Below, in pieces: positions 36,493 to 44,542 of a stretch of DNA of 61,197 nt (position 1 is its first letter; each line of letters opens with the position of its first letter). The notes beneath the pieces are model-generated. The model saw nothing but the letters and a program-made list of their open reading frames with translations, was not told the origin of the DNA and did not search any database. The stretch is from a virus, in the IMG/VR virus record IMGVR_UViG_3300012344_000003, positions 1 through 61,197 of that record; one strand, written 5' to 3'. Both the position numbers and the translations under genes were made by a program.

Positions 36493-37266
36493 ATGGAGAC
36501 AAAGACAACACGCATAGGGATGGAGACAGAGATTGACAAGAACCTGCAGGCCCTTGCGGAGACGAAGGCAACCTGCTACTGCCTGCGTGAGACAGGTCAG
36601 TGTGACCCTGATGAATGCTTGCAGTGTAGTAAGTTTACTTTATATCAGCAGGGAGTCAGGAACCTGCTGCCTGTTGACCTGCTGCGCATTGACAATCTTG
36701 CTACCAAGATGATACAGAAGAGGCTTAGTCCTGACTTCTCTTATAGGAAGAGCATGCCGTCTAGGCTCATGTATTTCTTGAACTGTGTTAAGTGGATGGT
36801 GATTGTGTTCTCACTGTCTTTTGTTATTCCGCTTGTGGTTGCTTATTTCCTCTGCATGGTAGCAGGGGACACACAGGGGACTGTCTACCCAGTCATTGAT
36901 GAGCAGACAGAGAGCAAGGTGTTCCGTGTGCTTGATGAGACACACAGGAATGTATATGATATGAATGATGACCATGAGGTGAACTGCCAGGATTTTACGG
37001 TTATGTTCGTGTACCTATGGGGCAAGATATATCCTTCTGATGCTGATGCTGCTCAGATTGTTTTCAACAGGAACTTTGACACTGGCATGAACCATTTGTT
37101 TGTGTCTGTCAGGTCAGGTAGGAAGGTCTTCTATATTGAGCCACAAGGTAATTCTAGGTGTTACCGCATGGAGCATTTCTGGGGAAGTCGCTATGACCCT
37201 AGTTTCAACAGGGAGATTAGCAAGGCTTTCTGGTATAAGCAGATGGGTATTACTGATGCACTATGA
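36493..37266 (+). CDS. Membrane-anchored papain-fold (transglutaminase / NlpC-P60-like) protein
   Basis: 257 aa; TM helix MVIVFSLSFVIPLVVAYFLCMV; candidate triad NCQDFTVMF ... NHLFVSV ... YIEPQ with Cys-His-acidic spacing. Confidence 0.45.
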   Translation: METKTTRIGMETEIDKNLQALAETKATCYCLRETGQCDPDECLQCSKFTLYQQGVRNLLPVDLLRIDNLATKMIQKRLSPDFSYRKSMPSRLMYFLNCVKWMVIVFSLSFVIPLVVAYFLCMVAGDTQGTVYPVIDEQTESKVFRVLDETHRNVYDMNDDHEVNCQDFTVMFVYLWGKIYPSDADAAQIVFNRNFDTGMNHLFVSVRSGRKVFYIEPQGNSRCYRMEHFWGSRYDPSFNREISKAFWYKQMGITDAL

Positions 37267-37456
37267 GAAGGGACAATTGAGTGGATTTATTAGGCTCGCC
37301 GCTGCTATCGTGAACTCAGGGATAGCAGACCAGGATGAGCGGTTTCTCAAATCAGAATGGTGCCAGGAGCTTGCTGATGCTGTTATCAGTTACCATAACA
37401 TGGACAGCACAGCAGGGCTCAAGGCTTTCAACCTACAAAATAGGGTAGTATACTGA
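37256..37456 (+). CDS. Hypothetical small protein
   Basis: 66 aa from ATG 37256, weak SD, overlaps the upstream gene by 11 nt; the start is uncertain. Confidence 0.35.
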   Translation: MHYEKGQLSGFIRLAAAIVNSGIADQDERFLKSEWCQELADAVISYHNMDSTAGLKAFNLQNRVVY

Positions 37457-37755
37457 TGCAGATGAATTTTAAGACTAAGAAGATGCAGCGCTTATATGAG
37501 AAATATAAAGCTGCACTGGAACGTGGAGACTGGTCTATTGAGAATGTCTATAAGGACCCGTCTACTAAGAAGATAAAGGCTTGGCAGGAAGTATGCAGGA
37601 TATACACAAACCTTGGAGGCAGGAAAATTGCTGTCATATCACATTCAGCGAAGTACTTTACTGCAGCGTTCATGTTTAAGGAAGACAGGAAGGATTTCTT
37701 CCTGGTTGAGACTCCTTTCGGCCAGTATATTTCGGAGGTGCAAGATGAAGTTTGA
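37456..37755 (+). CDS. Hypothetical protein
   Basis: 99 aa, TGATG overlap with the upstream gene. Confidence 0.55.
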   Translation: MQMNFKTKKMQRLYEKYKAALERGDWSIENVYKDPSTKKIKAWQEVCRIYTNLGGRKIAVISHSAKYFTAAFMFKEDRKDFFLVETPFGQYISEVQDEV

Positions 37756-38266
37756 CAAGACAAAGGTCTACACAGCGCTGAGCGCTGATGAGGTGAAGAT
37801 AGGTAGCATAGGCTTTGTAGGGGACACGATGTTCGGCCTCAGGGAGAAGGTAGCAGGAGGCCCTGAAAAATATAGCCTAGTTGAGATAGTAGGCATAAAT
37901 GATGACAATCTGTCAAGCAGGTTTATTGTGCAGAATGACGGCTACCAGACATGGCAGCTGTTCTATTTTGTTGAGGAACCGGAAGAAAAGAAGCCCCGGC
38001 CTTACAAGGACACTGCTGAGATGCTACGTGACTTCAAGGACAGGTTTGACTTGCTTAGTCATGATGACAGGCTTCCGTCTATCTGGATAAAGAACAAGAT
38101 AACTGGTGTGTGCAATATGGTTGTCCGCGTAGCAGATAATACTGCTACTATTGTCAGCGATATAGATGTGATTTCATTTTCAATGGAGAGCCTGTTTGAG
38201 AGCTACACTTACCTTGACGGCTCGATAATTGGAATAATTGAAACAATTGAAATAATAGAGGAATAG
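37745..38266 (+). CDS. Hypothetical protein, paralogue A of 41410-41862
   Basis: 173 aa from ATG 37745 (GGAGG upstream). Shares the blocks SxGFxxDT, FYxVxxPxEKKxRxYKxTAEM, NKITG and M(D/E)SLF(D/E)xY with the 150-aa protein. Confidence 0.6.
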   Translation: MKFDKTKVYTALSADEVKIGSIGFVGDTMFGLREKVAGGPEKYSLVEIVGINDDNLSSRFIVQNDGYQTWQLFYFVEEPEEKKPRPYKDTAEMLRDFKDRFDLLSHDDRLPSIWIKNKITGVCNMVVRVADNTATIVSDIDVISFSMESLFESYTYLDGSIIGIIETIEIIEE

Positions 38267-38268
38267 CT

Positions 38269-38616
38269 ATGGAGCAGGCAGTATTTGTTACAATGGAGAA
38301 AGAGGTTGACGAGCCTTTCATCGTCAGGCGTGATGATAAGGAAATCTGTATATATATCAATGTCGAGGCGGAGTACAGGGTTGTGCTTGACGAGGATATA
38401 GAAACAGGCCAACAGTATGCTGACAATATCACAGAGCAAGGTGTGGCATATTGTATCTCTGGCTGCTGTGATAATGACTCTGGTATTGAGCTTCCTATAG
38501 AAAATGTATCTGATGACCTCACTCTTGATGAGCTTTACGAGCTGCAGGCATTTGCTGAGATGAACTCAGGCTTTGACGATGAGGAGATAGTATTCAAAGC
38601 TATGCAGGAGGTATAA
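38269..38616 (+). CDS. Acidic hypothetical protein
   Basis: 115-aa ORF, D/E-rich. Confidence 0.55.
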   Translation: MEQAVFVTMEKEVDEPFIVRRDDKEICIYINVEAEYRVVLDEDIETGQQYADNITEQGVAYCISGCCDNDSGIELPIENVSDDLTLDELYELQAFAEMNSGFDDEEIVFKAMQEV

Positions 38617-38870
38617 TGGACAGGAAGACTCTGCACAAGGCAAGTAGGCTGTCTGCAGAAATAGATGCCTATGAAGAGTATATCAGTGATATTGATTACT
38701 CTATAAAAGATGCAAAGGACATAGTGATAACTGTGCATATGCCTGGCTCAATGCTTAACAAAGAGATAGGCATTACTGACAAGAAGCAGGTGTCATCTGT
38801 TCTGCAGCTGCTAAGGAATATCCTTGCAAGAGATGCTGCTGACAAGAAGAAAGAACTGGAGGAAATGTAA
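38616..38870 (+). CDS. Hypothetical protein
   Basis: 84 aa, TAATG overlap with the upstream gene. Confidence 0.55.
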   Translation: MDRKTLHKASRLSAEIDAYEEYISDIDYSIKDAKDIVITVHMPGSMLNKEIGITDKKQVSSVLQLLRNILARDAADKKKELEEM

Positions 38871-38871
38871 T

Positions 38872-40872
38872 ATGGAGCGAATATGCAGCAACTGCCTCAA
38901 GTGGGACAGGTCATCTGTGCAGAATGATGAGAAGTCCTATAAGTGCTCTGTGCTTGGAGTGTATACAAGGCCAAAAGGTACATGTCCGATGTGCAAGCCT
39001 GTAGGCATGACAGACTCTGAGTATAAGGAAGTAAAGAAAGAGGCAGAGCAGCTGAAGCAGGAGGCTCTTGCAAAGCTGAAGGATAGCACTGCTACTATGC
39101 CCCAGAAGAAGGGAGCCCACTCTCATGTAGAGGGGGTTCAGGCTAAGGTAGCAGTGCAGAAGCATAAGCGTAAGGCAGCTGCTGAGCTTGTTATAGTCTA
39201 TCATGACCCAACTAGGCCGGACTTAGTTCCATTTGGGCACCAGCAGGTAGCTATTGAGCGATACACTCCTATGGCTGATATTGCTTTGTTCTTTGAGATG
39301 GGCTGCGGAAAGTCATTCACTACTCTTCAGATAGCACAGGAGAAGTTCAGGCAGGGACAGATAAAAGGTCTGCTTGTTGTTGCTCCTAATGATGTCCACC
39401 GGCAATGGTTTGATGAGCTCGTCTATGGTGTAAACAAGGATGGTGACGGAGTCATGTGGCAGGAGCTGCAGATAGATTTTGAAGCGCAGTGTGTCGGCGG
39501 ACGTGGAGGGCAGAAAGAGCTCTACCCGTTCGAGAGGGAAGACCTGTTCCATTTTGTCTCTGTGAATGTAGACACATTCAGCCAGCCACATAAATGGGAG
39601 GAGATAGTATTCTGGGCTAACTCTGGACAATATATGGTTGCTATTGATGAGGCGACAGTCATCAAGAACCCGTCAAGCAAGCGCAGCCAGCGCCTCCTGT
39701 ACGAGTTCAATGACATAAAGAAGAAAGGCAAGGCTATAGTCTCTTCTGTAAAGAAGTGCCCTTACCGTGCTGTGCTTACTGGTACTCCTGTTACAAACGG
39801 CCCTATGGACTTGTGGGCTATCATGGAGTTTGTGCACCCGAACTATTTCGGCAGGAACTACTACTCATTCAGAGCTTACTATGGTATGTTCACAAAGCTG
39901 AGCGTTGATACTGCTCATGGAGCTAGGGATGTTGATGTGCTGCTCACTGAGCATACATGGGAGGCAATCCATAGGTGTGCTACTTATCAGGAGGCTTATA
40001 TACTTATGGGCTGCTCTGAGGATACTTACATGACTATAAGACATCAGGACAGGTTCCTTGGCCCTTATAAGCATGCTGATGAGCTGAAGAAACTGCTTGA
40101 GCCTGTTGCTACATTCATGAAGCTTACTGACTGTGTGGATATGCCTGCAGTACAGTATATGGAGCGCAAGGTTGGTATGTCCGATGCCCAGAAGGCTGTA
40201 TATAATTCCATGAAGAAGGATATGCTTGCACAGTACGGAGGATATACTGCTACTGCTCTTAACAAACTGGTTGTAAACCTGCGCCTGCAGCAGATAAGTT
40301 CTGGCTTTATCATGGGTCAGAAAGCCATTGATGACTGGGACCTGTCTGCTTATGCCGATAGCCTTGATTCACTGGACAATAAGGACCTTGCTCCAAACGA
40401 GGTTGTATGGCTTGGTGAATCAAATCCTAAGCTGGATGCACTTATGCGTGACGTCGCTGAGTGTGACAAGCCGCTCTTGATTCTTACACGTTATTCTGCT
40501 GAGGCTGCGAAGATATATGAGCTGTGTGAGAAGGCAGGATATAGGACAGGTATGTTCACAGGTTGGAAAGTAGTCGGAGGCATTGATGCCTTTAAGAATG
40601 GGGAGCTTGATATTCTTGTTGCTAACAGCTCTAAGATTTCAAGGGGATTCAACTTGCAGGTTGCGCATACAACTCTGTTCTACTCTAATACATTCAGCAT
40701 GGAGACAAGGCAGCAGGCTGAGTTCCGTACATTCCGTATGGGCCAGAAGCATCCGTGCCTCTATATAGACTATTCTGCGGCTGATGTAGATGAGACAATC
40801 AACAGGGCTCTTAAGATGAAGAAGAACCTGCTTGAGTATATCAGGGAGAAAGACCTTGAGGAGGTTATCTAG
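38872..40872 (+). CDS. SNF2-family helicase with an N-terminal zinc ribbon
   Basis: 666 aa from ATG 38872. CSNC..CPMC ribbon. Motif I GCGKSFT, motif II AIDEATVIKN, motif III LTGTPVTNGPMDLW, motif VI QQAEFRTFRMGQ. Confidence 0.85.
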   Translation: MERICSNCLKWDRSSVQNDEKSYKCSVLGVYTRPKGTCPMCKPVGMTDSEYKEVKKEAEQLKQEALAKLKDSTATMPQKKGAHSHVEGVQAKVAVQKHKRKAAAELVIVYHDPTRPDLVPFGHQQVAIERYTPMADIALFFEMGCGKSFTTLQIAQEKFRQGQIKGLLVVAPNDVHRQWFDELVYGVNKDGDGVMWQELQIDFEAQCVGGRGGQKELYPFEREDLFHFVSVNVDTFSQPHKWEEIVFWANSGQYMVAIDEATVIKNPSSKRSQRLLYEFNDIKKKGKAIVSSVKKCPYRAVLTGTPVTNGPMDLWAIMEFVHPNYFGRNYYSFRAYYGMFTKLSVDTAHGARDVDVLLTEHTWEAIHRCATYQEAYILMGCSEDTYMTIRHQDRFLGPYKHADELKKLLEPVATFMKLTDCVDMPAVQYMERKVGMSDAQKAVYNSMKKDMLAQYGGYTATALNKLVVNLRLQQISSGFIMGQKAIDDWDLSAYADSLDSLDNKDLAPNEVVWLGESNPKLDALMRDVAECDKPLLILTRYSAEAAKIYELCEKAGYRTGMFTGWKVVGGIDAFKNGELDILVANSSKISRGFNLQVAHTTLFYSNTFSMETRQQAEFRTFRMGQKHPCLYIDYSAADVDETINRALKMKKNLLEYIREKDLEEVI

Positions 40873-41408
40873 TGGCAAAGGTATTTGACCCGCGCTGGCA
40901 GACCAGTGAGGGCACTTACTTCAAGGACCCAGGCTCAGGAGCAGATTTATCACCTGCTACTGAGCGTGTGAAGAAATGTGAGCTTACCAGTGAAGGCAAG
41001 TTCATCTGGCCAAGGGTAATAGTGAATGGCGGAGAGGAGGTGAAGATAGCATTCCGCCTGTTTACTGATGGAGAGAAGCAGATTTATAAGCAGTATAGGA
41101 ACAGGGGCAAAGCCCAGGTTTCTAAGCAGGAGGAAAACAGGGAAATACAGGGAGCCCACTCTCATGTAGAGAGTGCTCATTTTAATGTAGAGGCTACTAA
41201 TGTAAGCATGCCGGTCCTTGGCTCTGCTCCTGCTGGCTCGACACTTGCCTGGATTCGCAACTGCGATAAGGTATATGGTGTCTGGCTGTTTGACAATGTA
41301 ATCTATGACCTTCTTGGAATGGAAGGCTACTCAGGTTACCAGCCAATTGCACGCTCGCTCATTCCACGTGAAGACCGTGAGCGCTTGAACATACCATTAG
41401 GAGCATGA
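40872..41408 (+). CDS. Hypothetical protein carrying the second GAHSHVE repeat
   Basis: 178 aa, GTG start overlapping the SNF2 stop (TAGTG), GAGGAGG SD. Confidence 0.5.
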   Translation: MAKVFDPRWQTSEGTYFKDPGSGADLSPATERVKKCELTSEGKFIWPRVIVNGGEEVKIAFRLFTDGEKQIYKQYRNRGKAQVSKQEENREIQGAHSHVESAHFNVEATNVSMPVLGSAPAGSTLAWIRNCDKVYGVWLFDNVIYDLLGMEGYSGYQPIARSLIPREDRERLNIPLGA

Positions 41409-41409
41409 T

Positions 41410-41862
41410 ATGGAATTTAATATTAACCAGTTATACACATCACCTTACGCACAGGATATGGAGATTGGAAGCAAAGGTTTCTTTGCGGACACACTTACTG
41501 AGCTCAAGAGGAAAGTCAGGGAAGGCAAGGAGCTCGCCACACTCGCCGCTGTAAATGGTGAGGAGGCTGCCACACGTTTCTGTGTCTCATCTGTATCTAG
41601 CTACTTCCTGTTCTACCTTGTTGACAGGCCGAAAGAAAAGAAGTTACGTGCATATAAGAATACTGCTGAAATGGAGCCTCATAGAGTCGCAGACTGTGTA
41701 ATAAATAAAATTACTGGAGACAGGCTTATGGTACTAGGCGTAAATGAGTGCAAGGTATATATTGCGTCTAAAAAATGGGTAGACATGGACTCTTTGTTTG
41801 ACTATTATGTATGGTCTGATGGCACACCTTGTGGTATGGAGGTAACTGATGAAGAGGATTAA
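41410..41862 (+). CDS. Hypothetical protein, paralogue B of 37745-38266
   Basis: 150 aa; see the shared blocks listed for 37745-38266. Confidence 0.6.
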   Translation: MEFNINQLYTSPYAQDMEIGSKGFFADTLTELKRKVREGKELATLAAVNGEEAATRFCVSSVSSYFLFYLVDRPKEKKLRAYKNTAEMEPHRVADCVINKITGDRLMVLGVNECKVYIASKKWVDMDSLFDYYVWSDGTPCGMEVTDEED

Positions 41863-41971
41863 GTACTATGCCTACTGCTCATTCTGCCACAGGGGCCTGT
41901 CAAAGGCAGATACTAAGCTGCGTCTTGGTAAGAAGTGCCCATGGTGCTGCTGGGGAACTATAGAAAGATGA
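41849..41971 (+). CDS. Zinc-ribbon mini-protein, 40 aa
   Basis: GGAGG SD; MKRIKYYAYCSFCHRG..KKCPWCCWGTIER (CxxC ... CxxCC); ATGA-coupled to the next ORF. Confidence 0.4.
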   Translation: MKRIKYYAYCSFCHRGLSKADTKLRLGKKCPWCCWGTIER

Positions 41972-42156
41972 CACTCCACAAGTACTATGAGATTATGAGA
42001 AAATATGGTCTGTCAAATTCACACTTGCCTAGTAATAAGCAGCTTGCCAGAATGACTGAAGATGAACTGGAAAAGAGCTGTGCTGCTATGGTTAAGCTCT
42101 TTGATGAGGTATTCAAAGAAAAAAAGGGAACCAAGGAGGAAATACATGAAATTTGA
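41968..42156 (+). CDS. Hypothetical small protein
   Basis: 62 aa from ATG 41968 (MTLHKYYEIM). Confidence 0.45.
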   Translation: MTLHKYYEIMRKYGLSNSHLPSNKQLARMTEDELEKSCAAMVKLFDEVFKEKKGTKEEIHEI

Positions 42157-42817
42157 GAAAGTAGAAGTGTGGGGCTTTGAGCATGCTATACGCGGAATGC
42201 GCAACCCCATGGACAGCTGGGAGAGGTCTGACTCAGGCTATGTTGACAAGAGGTTCAACAACCAGTTCCATATAGGCAAGAACGACCTAGACCTTGCACA
42301 ACGGCTGATAAAAGCAGGGCCTGAACACAGGAAGTTTTTGAGGCAGATATTTATCAGCGTAGACATTACTGCTCCGTTATACTGGTGGAAGGAGTTTGAC
42401 ACATATAAGGTTGGCACAGTTGCAAACTCATGCTCAACTATGCACAAGCTCAAGGACACTCCGATTACAATGGAATGCTTTGAGATGGGCGACTATGACA
42501 ATTGTTCAGGTAGCCAGCTAGGTTATCTGAATAATAATCCATGTCCTGATTTGGATATGTATTGGTACCATACAACAAGATATATGGAGAGGCTCCGTAA
42601 GAAGTATCTCGAGACAAAGGACAAGAAGTATTGGAAAGAACTTATCCGCATGCTCCCTGAATCATGGTTACAGAAGCGTACTGTCACGATGAACTATGAG
42701 AATGCTTATAGTATGTGGCAGCAGCGTAAATGTCATAAGCTAGATGAATGGTCTGATGTATTCTGCGATGATTTTATTGAGGAGCTTCCATGCTTCAAGG
42801 AGCTCTTCATTGAATAA
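42146..42817 (+). CDS. ThyX-fold protein lacking the canonical RHRxxS/SxRY motif
   Basis: 223 aa from ATG 42146 (AAGGAGG upstream). ITAPLYWWKEFDTYKVGTVANSCSTMHKL aligns with the remembered ThyX [29 protein letters not shown], but RHR becomes TYK and SGRY becomes CSTM. Confidence 0.5.
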   Translation: MKFEKVEVWGFEHAIRGMRNPMDSWERSDSGYVDKRFNNQFHIGKNDLDLAQRLIKAGPEHRKFLRQIFISVDITAPLYWWKEFDTYKVGTVANSCSTMHKLKDTPITMECFEMGDYDNCSGSQLGYLNNNPCPDLDMYWYHTTRYMERLRKKYLETKDKKYWKELIRMLPESWLQKRTVTMNYENAYSMWQQRKCHKLDEWSDVFCDDFIEELPCFKELFIE

Positions 42818-42818
42818 G

Positions 42819-43145
42819 ATGACAAAGACACAGAAGGCAAACTTCAGGATGTCAAGCGCCTGGAAGGTGTTCCGCTCTAATATGAAGAAGAAGGCAAGCT
42901 GTATTGACTGGGTGACTAAGAAGCCACTGTCAAAGACATGGAACCTGCATCATTTGGACCTGCGCTCTGAGCACTATAAGGATATATCTGACCCTGAGAG
43001 GTTCATGCCGCTTAATGAGGATACACATGAGTTTGTGCACTGGCTGTACAGGCACTGGCTCAAGGACAAGGGGATTCTTGACAGGCTTAATTTGGTCTGT
43101 ATTGGGATGTTCGCGAAAACACATGACAAACAGGAGGAAAAATAG
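42819..43145 (+). CDS. HNH-like nuclease (small)
   Basis: 108 aa from ATG 42819; WNLHHLD ... PLNEDTHEFVH fits the HH-N-H spacing. Confidence 0.5.
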   Translation: MTKTQKANFRMSSAWKVFRSNMKKKASCIDWVTKKPLSKTWNLHHLDLRSEHYKDISDPERFMPLNEDTHEFVHWLYRHWLKDKGILDRLNLVCIGMFAKTHDKQEEK

Positions 43146-43325
43146 TGGAACTGAAGATTAAGACTGCTACACACAAGAAGACTGGTAATAAGTACCAGGT
43201 CATTTCTGATGAGGCGATTGACTGCACTAATGAGCGTGATGGGACTCTGGCAGTCATCTATTACAGGGATGGGCTCTTCTTTGTCCGTGAAAAGGCCGAG
43301 TTCCTTGAGAAGTTCGAAATGTGAT
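43146..43325 (+). CDS. DUF1653-like mini-protein, 59 aa
   Basis: GTG start with AGGAGG 6 nt upstream; HKKTGNKYQVISDEAIDCTNERDGTLAVIYYRDGLFFVREKAEFLEKFE resembles the remembered DUF1653 pattern. Confidence 0.35.
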
Positions 43326-43387
43326 TTTTAATGAAAAATTAAAATCCTTACGAAAATGTAGTAAAATTATAAACACTAGAGGTTGAT

Positions 43388-43642
43388 ATGACAGATGAAG
43401 AGAAGCAGGCGCTGCGCCAGCAGTTTCATGATGTTGCTGACAAGCAGGCTGATATTCTGATAAAGACTATCAGCTCAATTGATAAGCAGCTTCCAAAGGA
43501 AGTAACAAAGGAGCAGCGTGAAGAATACCTGCAGCAGATTATACAAGCTTCAACAAACAGCCTGCATGAGTCAACAAAGGCTATGGGTAAGGAGATGCTC
43601 AAGCAGGCAAAGGACCTGAAAATGGAGGATATACATGTCTGA
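43388..43642 (+). CDS. Hypothetical protein
   Basis: 84 aa, helical and charged. Confidence 0.55.
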   Translation: MTDEEKQALRQQFHDVADKQADILIKTISSIDKQLPKEVTKEQREEYLQQIIQASTNSLHESTKAMGKEMLKQAKDLKMEDIHV

Positions 43643-44183
43643 CGAATATTCATATATGAACGTCCAGAATGAGGATAAGCAGGTCTTGAAACACCTTGCT
43701 GATATGGGTGAGCAGTTGAAGAAGCTCAAGGAGAAGCAGCTAGCAGCTGAGGCTGCTGCAGAAGCAGCTAAGAAAGAGTTTGAGCATTATGCAAATGTTG
43801 TAATTCCTAGTGAGATGCATTCTTGTGGAATTAACTCTATATCCCTTGCTTCTGGTGGCTCACTCTCAATTAAGCACAATTTTTATTGTCAGCCGAATAA
43901 AAATCCGACTGATAGGGCCACTATTGCTAAGTGGCTCCGTGAGCATGGAGGTGGACATATTATTGAGCATGACGCTACTGTGTCTGCTGCTGATATGGAG
44001 CGCTTAGAAAAACAGGGTATTCCTTATATTGAGAATACTTCTGTTAATACACAGAAGCTCAAATCATTCTTGAAGGATGGGATTGGTGCCACAACAGGTG
44101 TTCAGCAGTTCACTATTGATGATATTCCGCAGTGTATGCACTTCCAGGAAGTAACTACTGTAGAAATAAATATGGAGAAATAA
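43635..44183 (+). CDS. Hypothetical protein with an N-terminal coiled coil
   Basis: 182-aa ORF overlapping the upstream gene by 8 nt. Confidence 0.6.
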   Translation: MSDEYSYMNVQNEDKQVLKHLADMGEQLKKLKEKQLAAEAAAEAAKKEFEHYANVVIPSEMHSCGINSISLASGGSLSIKHNFYCQPNKNPTDRATIAKWLREHGGGHIIEHDATVSAADMERLEKQGIPYIENTSVNTQKLKSFLKDGIGATTGVQQFTIDDIPQCMHFQEVTTVEINMEK

Positions 44184-44184
44184 T

Positions 44185-44466
44185 ATGGAGAAACAAGACC
44201 TTACAAAAGTTGAGCCGCTCAGGGACTATATAATCGCTGAGCTTGAAGTCAAGGCATCAAAAGCTGGTATTATCCTTTCAGAGACAGCAAAGGAGAATGC
44301 TGAGCATACACTGAAGGCAGTTAAATGTGGGCCGGATGTAAAGGGAGTTGAATCGGGGGACACTTTGCTTGTAAACCCTTTTGATTTTGTCCCACAGAAG
44401 GTTAAGCTTGATGAGGAGCACTACCTTTTCCCTGAATCAGTGGTCATTGCCGTAAGGCGCAACTGA
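44185..44466 (+). CDS. GroES-like co-chaperonin
   Basis: 93 aa; VEPLRDYIIAEL..KAGIILSET..VKCGPDV..GDTLLV..HYLFPESVVIAV follows the Cpn10 pattern (PL.DRV, GGI.L, G.G, GD.V, I.A). Confidence 0.55.
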   Translation: MEKQDLTKVEPLRDYIIAELEVKASKAGIILSETAKENAEHTLKAVKCGPDVKGVESGDTLLVNPFDFVPQKVKLDEEHYLFPESVVIAVRRN

Positions 44467-44494
44467 CATTACTTTCTCCTTATTAGCGGCTTCC

Positions 44495-44530
44495 GCCAGT
44501 CTTCACGTCAGCAAGGCTGGCATTCTTTAT
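44495..44530 (+). terminator. Rho-independent terminator
   Basis: GCCAGTCTT (44495-44503) pairs with AAGGCTGGC (44513-44521) with one G-U pair, followed by ATTCTTTAT. Confidence 0.5.
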
Positions 44531-44542
44531 CTAGGGGAAACT

